NCBI GenBank assembly: GCA_963719225.1
Contig: CAVRAY010000001.1
Span: forward strand, 2,208,001 to 2,272,000
Direction of reading: 5' to 3'
From: Thermoanaerobaculia bacterium
GTDB lineage: Bacteria > Acidobacteriota > Thermoanaerobaculia > UBA5066
Length of the DNA stretch: 64,000 bases
Numbering within the stretch: position 1 is the first letter of the stretch; every line of letters starts with the position of its first letter. The translations under genes were made by a program, and so were the position numbers. The notes under the pieces are model-generated. The model searched no databases, was not told where the DNA came from, and saw only the letters and a list, made by a program, of their open reading frames with translations. Of this stretch, positions 57,395 through 64,000 are shown piece after piece.

Positions 57395-58219
57395 TCACGC
57401 AACGGGCGCCGCGCGGCACCGCTGCAGGAGCCGCTCGTCCTTCAGGCGCTCCGCCCACGCCGGGAAATCGTTCGTGGGGCCGCGCCACATGAGCGCGTCC
57501 ACGTCGCGGAAGAGAGGCGCGTCGGTCCGGAGCGTCGCCAGATTCTTGAAGAGAAGCGCCAGGTCGCACTCGTCCCCGAGGAGGGATTGCGGGAAGCTCT
57601 CGATCGGACCATACCGGTTCAGAATTCGTGCCGCGCCGACCCGGCCGATCCCGCGAATGCCGGAGTATCCGTCCGCGGCGTCGCCGACGAGGGCGAGAAA
57701 GTCGGGAATCAGGGCGGGCTCTACTCCGAACTTCTCGCGAACTCCGTCCGCATCGCGGATCTTCTGCCCCCGGCGATCCACCTGCACGACCCGCGTCCCG
57801 CGGACGCACTGCGCCAGGTCCTTGTCGGGCGTCCAGATGCAGACTTTCTCCACCTCTTCGCTTTCAGAGGCGATTCGCGCCGCGGAGGCGAGCGCGTCGT
57901 CCGCTTCCAGCTCGATCATCGGCCAGACCGCCACTCCCATCGCGACGAGCGCCTCCTCGAGCGGATGGAATTGCGCGAGGAGCGCCTTCTCGATCCCTTC
58001 CCCCGTCTTGTAGCCGGGCCAGAGCCCGTTCCGGAAGGATTCGATGACGTGGTCGGTCGCCACCCCGAGGTGCGTCGCTCCGGTCTCGATCATCTGCAGG
58101 ACGGTGTTCAGGACTCCGACCACCGCCCCGTAGGGCGGATCCTCACCCTCCGTGAAGCGCCGAAGGCCGTAGAAATGTCGGAACAGCTCGTACGTCCCGT
58201 CGACGAGGTGAACGATCAT
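57395..58219 (-). CDS. 5'-3' exonuclease / flap endonuclease
   Basis: LVDG, YK, EADD, DKD, LVGD.ADG..G..GIG (H3TH). Confidence 0.88.
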   Translation of the reverse strand: MIVHLVDGTYELFRHFYGLRRFTEGEDPPYGAVVGVLNTVLQMIETGATHLGVATDHVIESFRNGLWPGYKTGEGIEKALLAQFHPLEEALVAMGVAVWPMIELEADDALASAARIASESEEVEKVCIWTPDKDLAQCVRGTRVVQVDRRGQKIRDADGVREKFGVEPALIPDFLALVGDAADGYSGIRGIGRVGAARILNRYGPIESFPQSLLGDECDLALLFKNLATLRTDAPLFRDVDALMWRGPTNDFPAWAERLKDERLLQRCRAAPVA

Positions 58220-58243
58220 GACTTCGATGCTAGCCTCGATCTC

Positions 58244-60145
58244 ATGGTGCGCCGCGTGATGCTCCTGCTCTCTTTCGTCTTCGCAATGGTGAGCGTCGCC
58301 GCGTGCCGGCCCTCGGCCTGGTTGAGGACCGCGGAGGAGCGCGGAGGCGCGGACACGCGCCTCGAAGCGCAAGTCGACGCCATTCTCACGCAGCAGCAGA
58401 AGGAGCAGCACATTCCCGGCCTGGCTTTTGCCGTCGTCAAGGACGACGAAGTGGTCTATCTCAAGGCCTTCGGGCTGCGTGACATCGAGCGGAATCTCCC
58501 GGCCACGGCCGACACCGTGTTTCCGATCGGCTCGTGCACCAAGGCATTCACGTCGATGGCGGCTGCCATCAGCCAGGACGAGGGGCTGCTGTCGCTCGAT
58601 GATCATCCTCGCCGGTTCTTGCCGTACTTCAAAATGGCCGATCCCGAGGCCGACGCTCGCGTGACCCTGAGGGACATGCTCAGCCACCGAACCGGGCTCA
58701 TGGCCAAAGCGGACCTCGCGGCCGAACCGGGCGTCCTGACCCGGGAGGAGTACGTGCGGGCCGCGACCTCGGCGAAACCGACCGCGAAGTTTCGCGCCGC
58801 GTTCCAGTACTCGAATGCCATGTTCTGCGCCGCGGGCGAGATCGTCGGCAAAGCGAACCGCTCCTCCTGGGAGGACGTCGTCGAGCGAAAGATCCTGAGG
58901 CCCCTCGGGATGACCTCGAGCCTCGTCTCGGCGCTGGACATGTCGGCCGCCATCGATCATGCGACCGGCTACGTCTTCGTCGACGGGGAGAAGAAGTGGC
59001 TCTCGGTGCCTCCCCCGCGCAGCCTCGCCGCGCTCGCGCCCGCCGGCAGCATCGCTTCGTCGGCTCGCGACCTGATCCGGTGGGTGCGCATGCTCAGCAA
59101 TGGCGGCCGCATCGGTGCCAGGCGAATCGTCTCCGAGGCCGCGCTGAGCGAGGTCGTGAGCGGGCAGGTCCCGATCAATTCCGCGCTGTCCTACGCCCTT
59201 GGGTGGGTAACCTACGAATGGAACGGTCTGTGCGTGGTCGAACACAATGGCGGGTCGCGGGGAATCAGCGCGCTCGTCAGCTTCATCCCCGGCCGCCGGG
59301 TCGGCTTCGTCTTCCTCGCCAACACGTCACCCAACTTCATGACCACGATCGGCAATGCCGGAAAGCTCCTCTGGCCTCTGATCATCGACAGCACGCCCAC
59401 CACCCTCCCTTCGCCCGCGACGAGCGCACGACAGCACCCCGCCCCAGGACCGGGTGCCGGGAAGAACCCGGCTGCGATAGCTGTGGAGCTCCCGACCGCC
59501 GACGCTCTCGTTCAACGCATGATCGCTGCGCTCGGAGGCGAGCGGATCCTTCGCGGACATACGTCTCTCGAAATCAACGCCGTGAAGGCATACGAGAACC
59601 AGGGTGTCACCGCCGACTACGTCCTCCGGGCTAAAGCCCCCGACCAACATGTCGAAGAGGAAGTGTGGACCGCCGCGGGCCGCGAGATCGGTCGGCTCCG
59701 GGTGTACTTCGATGGACACAGCGGCGGTCAGGAGACGACCTTCGGACAGGATGCGACGAATGATGATTCCGGCAACGATCGTGCTCGACGGGACTATCAC
59801 CTGCACCCGCTTCTCGCTCTTTCCGGCCTCTACAAGGAAGTCCGCGTCCTCGACCGCGTGAAAGTCGGAGCCGCACATGCATACCTGATGGAGCTCGTCC
59901 CCGCAGGCGGGCCGCCCGCGCGACTCTACGTGTCAGAACGCTCCGCGCTCGTCCTTCGGCGGGAGGTTGACGGACACTCCGAGACGTTCGACGACTACCG
60001 GGCCGTCGACGGCGAGCTCCTCCCTTTCCGCACCACCATTCACGACGAGCTCGGCGAGACGACGATCCAGGTCCGGGAAGCTCGCCTCAACCCGACGATT
60101 CCCGGCGCTGCTTTCGGAGCGTCGAAGACCATAGGCGACAACTAG
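58244..60145 (+). CDS. Serine hydrolase (beta-lactamase/AmpC-like) with C-terminal extension
   Basis: SCTK, YSN, HNG motifs. Confidence 0.88.
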   Translation: MVRRVMLLLSFVFAMVSVAACRPSAWLRTAEERGGADTRLEAQVDAILTQQQKEQHIPGLAFAVVKDDEVVYLKAFGLRDIERNLPATADTVFPIGSCTKAFTSMAAAISQDEGLLSLDDHPRRFLPYFKMADPEADARVTLRDMLSHRTGLMAKADLAAEPGVLTREEYVRAATSAKPTAKFRAAFQYSNAMFCAAGEIVGKANRSSWEDVVERKILRPLGMTSSLVSALDMSAAIDHATGYVFVDGEKKWLSVPPPRSLAALAPAGSIASSARDLIRWVRMLSNGGRIGARRIVSEAALSEVVSGQVPINSALSYALGWVTYEWNGLCVVEHNGGSRGISALVSFIPGRRVGFVFLANTSPNFMTTIGNAGKLLWPLIIDSTPTTLPSPATSARQHPAPGPGAGKNPAAIAVELPTADALVQRMIAALGGERILRGHTSLEINAVKAYENQGVTADYVLRAKAPDQHVEEEVWTAAGREIGRLRVYFDGHSGGQETTFGQDATNDDSGNDRARRDYHLHPLLALSGLYKEVRVLDRVKVGAAHAYLMELVPAGGPPARLYVSERSALVLRREVDGHSETFDDYRAVDGELLPFRTTIHDELGETTIQVREARLNPTIPGAAFGASKTIGDN

Positions 60146-60203
60146 ATGAGCCCATTCACGAACTCTCGGACACTGGTTACGAGGGCATGCCACCGGACGC
60201 GCT

Positions 60204-61451
60204 TCAGGCTTCTTTCCGGATCGGGTCGGAAGGCGCCTTCTCGCGTTGCGCGAGGAGGATGAACGGCACGGAAAGCAGCTCGAGACCCGCTCCGACGACG
60301 TACGAGATGGAGTACCCCCACACGTCAGCCACCTTGCCGAGCGCCGGCTGGAAAACGACGCCTCCCGACGAACTCATGAGATTGTCGGTCGAGAGGACCG
60401 TGGCGCGCTCCCCCGACGGGATGAGATCGTTGATGAAGGCCTCGCGAACGGGCATCGTGGCGGCGAAGACCATGGCCCAGACGGCGAGAAGGGCGAGCGC
60501 GACCCAGAAACTCGGGGCCAGGCCGATGAGCGCCAGGGCGGCGGTGCTGAGAACCGAGCCGACGAAGAGGAGAGACGTTCTTTTCCGGAAGATCCGGGCC
60601 ACGTGCGGGACGATGATGCCGCCGATGATCTGCGTGCCGGCGACGATCGAGGCCGCCAGGCCGGCGATCGCGTAGGACTCTTTCTTGCCGTAGAGCTCGA
60701 GGAGGTAGGGCTGCATGGCGTAGAACGCGTAGATGCCGACTCCGCCGGCGAACAGGCCGCCGAGCATCAGCCAGCGGACGGGGGCATTTCGGAACCCGTG
60801 GTCCAGCGACGATTTCAGGATCCTCCGCATCTCCAGCGCCATCGCGCCCCTCTCGAGGGGAGTGAATCCGACGTCTCGCATCGAGAGGAATGCGACGAGG
60901 AACGTGAGCCCGAGCATCGCCGCCCGCAAGATGTAAGGCACGCCCAGATTCGTGGCCTGCGCGATCGCGCCGCCCGCCAGGGTGCCGGTCAGCATCGCGA
61001 CACCGCCCGCGATCTGGCCTTTCGCGAAGGCGGACTCCAGCGTGCCCGAATACCGGGCGAACTTCAGGCCGTCGACGAGCCAGGCTTCGGTCGCGCCGGA
61101 GAAGAACGTGAAACCGAGCCCGAGCAGAATGGAAGTGACGGCCCAGGCCCAGAACGGACCGTGGACGCGCCACATCAACAGGTACAGCAGAGTCGAAACG
61201 AAAAGCGTAGCGGAGCCGAGGAGATACGACGTTCTTCGCCCGAACGTGTCCGCCACGACGCCGGTCGGCACCTCGAAGAGCACCTCACCGAGCGTGAAGA
61301 AGGCGTTCGCTGCGAAGGCCTGGGTGATCGTCAGTCCCGCATCGAGAAGGAAGAGCGTGTTGATGCCCCAGATGAAGGAGGAGGCGAACGTCGAGAGGAG
61401 CGTCAGCGTGACGTAAGTTCTGAGGATCCGGTGCGAGTCGGCGGCCGCCAC
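60204..61451 (-). CDS. MFS transporter
   Basis: EVPTGVVADTFGRR motif A; 12 TM. Confidence 0.9.
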   Translation of the reverse strand: MAAADSHRILRTYVTLTLLSTFASSFIWGINTLFLLDAGLTITQAFAANAFFTLGEVLFEVPTGVVADTFGRRTSYLLGSATLFVSTLLYLLMWRVHGPFWAWAVTSILLGLGFTFFSGATEAWLVDGLKFARYSGTLESAFAKGQIAGGVAMLTGTLAGGAIAQATNLGVPYILRAAMLGLTFLVAFLSMRDVGFTPLERGAMALEMRRILKSSLDHGFRNAPVRWLMLGGLFAGGVGIYAFYAMQPYLLELYGKKESYAIAGLAASIVAGTQIIGGIIVPHVARIFRKRTSLLFVGSVLSTAALALIGLAPSFWVALALLAVWAMVFAATMPVREAFINDLIPSGERATVLSTDNLMSSSGGVVFQPALGKVADVWGYSISYVVGAGLELLSVPFILLAQREKAPSDPIRKEA

Positions 61452-61520
61452 GGCCGCGGATTAGAGCATCTTGCCCCGATCAGGATCTCCCCGGAGTCCG
61501 GCTCGTTGTAGCCTTGCGGC

Positions 61521-62003
61521 ATGTGGGAGTCGTTCAAGCGCTTCTTCGAGGAGCGCGTTTCGGCCCGCGCCGCCGGAGATACGGAGGCGGGACGGGATCA
61601 CGCGCTGAAGATCGCAGCCTCCGCTCTCCTCTTCGAGGTCGTTCGCGCCGACGGCCATGTGACCGAGGAGGAGCTCACCGTCATGCGTACGGCCATCCAG
61701 GGCACTTTCGGCCTCTCCCGCGAGGAGTCTGAGGAGCTGGTGCGGCTAGGCGAGGCCGAGGCCCGCAAGGCGACGTCGCTCTACGAATTCACGCGTCTCG
61801 TCGACCAGGGCTTTTCGGCCGGCCAGAAGAAACGGGTCGTGGAGCTCCTGTGGCTGATCGCGTTCGCCGACGGAAAGAAGGATCCGGAGGAGGAGCATCT
61901 CGTCCGCAAGATCGCGGGGCTCTTGCACGTCCCCCACCCGGATTACATCGATGCCAAGCTCCGGGCGCGCTCGGAAAGCGGCCTCGAGCCGTCGGGCGGT
62001 TGA
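61521..62003 (+). CDS. TerB family protein
   Basis: ADG....EE, SLYEFT, AFADG..D..EE. Confidence 0.85.
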   Translation: MWESFKRFFEERVSARAAGDTEAGRDHALKIAASALLFEVVRADGHVTEEELTVMRTAIQGTFGLSREESEELVRLGEAEARKATSLYEFTRLVDQGFSAGQKKRVVELLWLIAFADGKKDPEEEHLVRKIAGLLHVPHPDYIDAKLRARSESGLEPSGG

Positions 62004-63127
62004 CCCTCGTGCGCCTCCCCTTCGCTCCGCCGCTCGCGCCGATGCTGTCCAAGGCTGCGGATGCCCTCCCCGGAGGCGAGGGCTGGCAGTTCGAGCCCAA
62101 GTGGGATGGCTTTCGAACGCTGGTTTTTCGCGACGGAGACGACATGCTGTTCCAGAGTCGAGATGAGAAGCCCATGAACCGCTACTTTCCCGACCTTCTC
62201 GGACCGCTGACCGCCGCGCTGCCCGGGCGCTGCGTCGTGGACGGCGAAATCGTCATCGTCGGCCCGGGCGGGCTCGACTTCGAGGCGCTCCTTCTCCGCA
62301 TCCATCCGGCCGCCTCGCGCGTGAAGCTCCTGGCGCAGGAGACGCCGGCATCCTTCGTCGTCTGGGACCTGCTGGCGTTGGGCCACGAGGACCTGCGCGA
62401 GACGCCGCTCGCCATTAGGCGCGAAAAGCTCGAAAAGGCGCTCGCCGGGGCGGGGCCGCGTGTGCATCTCTCGCCCGCCACGCGTGATCGCGTCCTCGCC
62501 GAGGACTGGTTCCGCCGCTTCGAGGGGGCCGGGCTCGACGGGGTGATGGCCAAGCGTCTGGACTCGCCCTACCGCGCGGGGGCGCGCACCATGATCAAGA
62601 TCAAGCACACGCGCACGGCCGACTGTGTCGTCGCCGGCTTCCGCTGGCACAAGGAGGGCAAGGGCACGAGGGTCGGCTCGCTCCTGCTCGGCCTCTACGA
62701 CGACGCGGGCACGCTGCACCATGTTGGCGTCGTGGCGGCATTCACGACCGCGGTCCGCAAACAGCTCGTCGAGGAGTTCGCTTCCCTGCGCAAGAACGCG
62801 TTCGAGGGGCATCCCTGGCGCGGCTGGGCCGACGAGCAGGACGACTCGGCCGTCAAGGGCCAGCGCCTGCCCGGCGCGACGAGCCGGTGGAATCACGGCA
62901 AGGACCTCAGCTGGGAGCCGCTCAGACCCGAGCGCGTGTGCGAGGTCGCGTACGACCACATGCAAGGCACACGCTTCCGACACGCCGCTCAGTTCGTTCG
63001 CTGGAGGCCCGACAAGAGGCCCCGCGACTGTCGCTACGATCAGCTCGAGGTCACGCCGGCTTACGAGCTGGAGCGCGTCTTCGGCGCGACGGCGCGGCGC
63101 GGGGAGGCTCGTCGGCCTGCTTCCTGA
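62000..63127 (+). CDS. ligC: ATP-dependent DNA ligase (LigC-type)
   Basis: EPKWDGFR, DGEIV, DGVMAK, K.KH.RTADCVV, RFRH. Confidence 0.88.
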   Translation: MTLVRLPFAPPLAPMLSKAADALPGGEGWQFEPKWDGFRTLVFRDGDDMLFQSRDEKPMNRYFPDLLGPLTAALPGRCVVDGEIVIVGPGGLDFEALLLRIHPAASRVKLLAQETPASFVVWDLLALGHEDLRETPLAIRREKLEKALAGAGPRVHLSPATRDRVLAEDWFRRFEGAGLDGVMAKRLDSPYRAGARTMIKIKHTRTADCVVAGFRWHKEGKGTRVGSLLLGLYDDAGTLHHVGVVAAFTTAVRKQLVEEFASLRKNAFEGHPWRGWADEQDDSAVKGQRLPGATSRWNHGKDLSWEPLRPERVCEVAYDHMQGTRFRHAAQFVRWRPDKRPRDCRYDQLEVTPAYELERVFGATARRGEARRPAS

Positions 63128-63998
63128 AATGCGGGGGCCAGGGCGCGTCTCCCTGGCCTTCTCCTTCCTGTACGGCAGACAGCCGGAGCAGCTCGTCGAG
63201 CGATCCCGCGGCGCGATCGATCCCCGCCGATGCATCTCCGCGCTCAGCCAGGCGCGCCGGCGCGGTGGCGAGCGTGAAAGCCGCCGGATCGCAGCCGGCG
63301 ACCTCGTCCCACCGGAGCGGCATGGACACGCGCGCGTCCGACGTGGGCCTCACGGACCAGGCCGAGGCAACCGTGCGGTCCTTCGCGTTCTGGTTGTAGT
63401 CGAGGAAAACGCCATGGCGCTCCTCCTTCCACCACTTGCTCGTGGCGAGGTGCGGCGCGCGCCGCTCGACCTCGCGAGCCAGCGCCAGCGCCGCGCGCCG
63501 CACCTGGTCGAAAGTCCAGCGCCTCTCGATGCGGACGTTGATGTGCATCCCGCGGGAGCCGGACGTCTTGGGCCAGCCGACGAGATTCTTCTCTTCGAGC
63601 ACGTCGCGCACGAGCAGCGTCACGCGCCGGACGTCGTTCCAGCTCACCCCGGGGCCCGGATCCAGATCGACGCGCAGCTCGTCGGGATGGTCGAGGTCGT
63701 CGGCGCGGACGGGGTGCGGGTTGAGGTCGATGCACCCGAGGTTGACGATCCACAGGAGCTGGGCCGCGTCCCGGACGACGATCTCGCGCGCGGTGCGGCC
63801 CGACGGAAAGTGCAGCTCGACGGTCTCGATCCAGTCGGGATGCGTCTCGGGAGCCCGCTTCTGGAAGAACGGCTCGCGATCGGCGCCGTTCACGTAGCGT
63901 TTGAGAACGATCGGCCGCGCCGCAATCCCGCGCAGGGCCGCCTCCGCAACCGCGGCGTAGTACCTCGCCAGATCGAGCTTCGTGTGGCCGGCCCGCGG
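63051..63998 (-). CDS. LigD-type primase-polymerase domain protein (Prim-PolC-like), 5' end outside window
   Basis: TKLDL..YY, FFQKR, DLDP, KTSGSRG.H, DYNQNA.DRT. Confidence 0.88.
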   Translation of the reverse strand, partial: PRAGHTKLDLARYYAAVAEAALRGIAARPIVLKRYVNGADREPFFQKRAPETHPDWIETVELHFPSGRTAREIVVRDAAQLLWIVNLGCIDLNPHPVRADDLDHPDELRVDLDPGPGVSWNDVRRVTLLVRDVLEEKNLVGWPKTSGSRGMHINVRIERRWTFDQVRRAALALAREVERRAPHLATSKWWKEERHGVFLDYNQNAKDRTVASAWSVRPTSDARVSMPLRWDEVAGCDPAAFTLATAPARLAERGDASAGIDRAAGSLDELLRLSAVQEGEGQGDAPWPPHFRKQADEPPRAAPSRRRRAPARKPA

Positions 63999-64000
63999 AA

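Noticed and set aside
58244-60145. Antibiotic-resistance beta-lactamase
   Set aside because: The SxxK/YxN/HxG pattern and C-terminal extension fit general serine hydrolases or peptidases.

Overview
High-GC (~68-70% by eye) bacterial chromosomal window; gene content and style suggest Acidobacteriota (Thermoanaerobaculia-like), which is an inference. Positions 1-3.5 kb are the decaying tail of an integron cassette array: two intact attC sites, broken attC halves, and frameshifted or truncated cassette ORFs. One attC is interrupted by an IS1111-type IS110 remnant whose non-coding end carries guide-like matches to its own insertion site. The rest is mostly housekeeping and metabolic genes: Liv-type ABC transporter with an acyl-CoA synthetase, aspC, trmH, FKBP, an archaeal-type GAPDH-like enzyme, an OsmC gene with an in-frame UGA and a SECIS-like hairpin (probable selenoprotein), an atypical five-gene signalling operon, queD-surE-pcm-acyP, a urate/allantoin catabolic cluster, a sugar ABC transporter, a Ser/Thr kinase, and LigC with Prim-PolC. 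The most striking unexplained signal is a dispersed AT-rich motif of ~25 bp (approx. CCCTCTTMCC(C)TTCTAAGAARATCTTC, palindromic core TTCTWAGAA). It occurs about 20 times in both orientations, mostly written in-frame inside unrelated protein-coding genes. No rRNA, tRNA, CRISPR array or integron integrase was seen.
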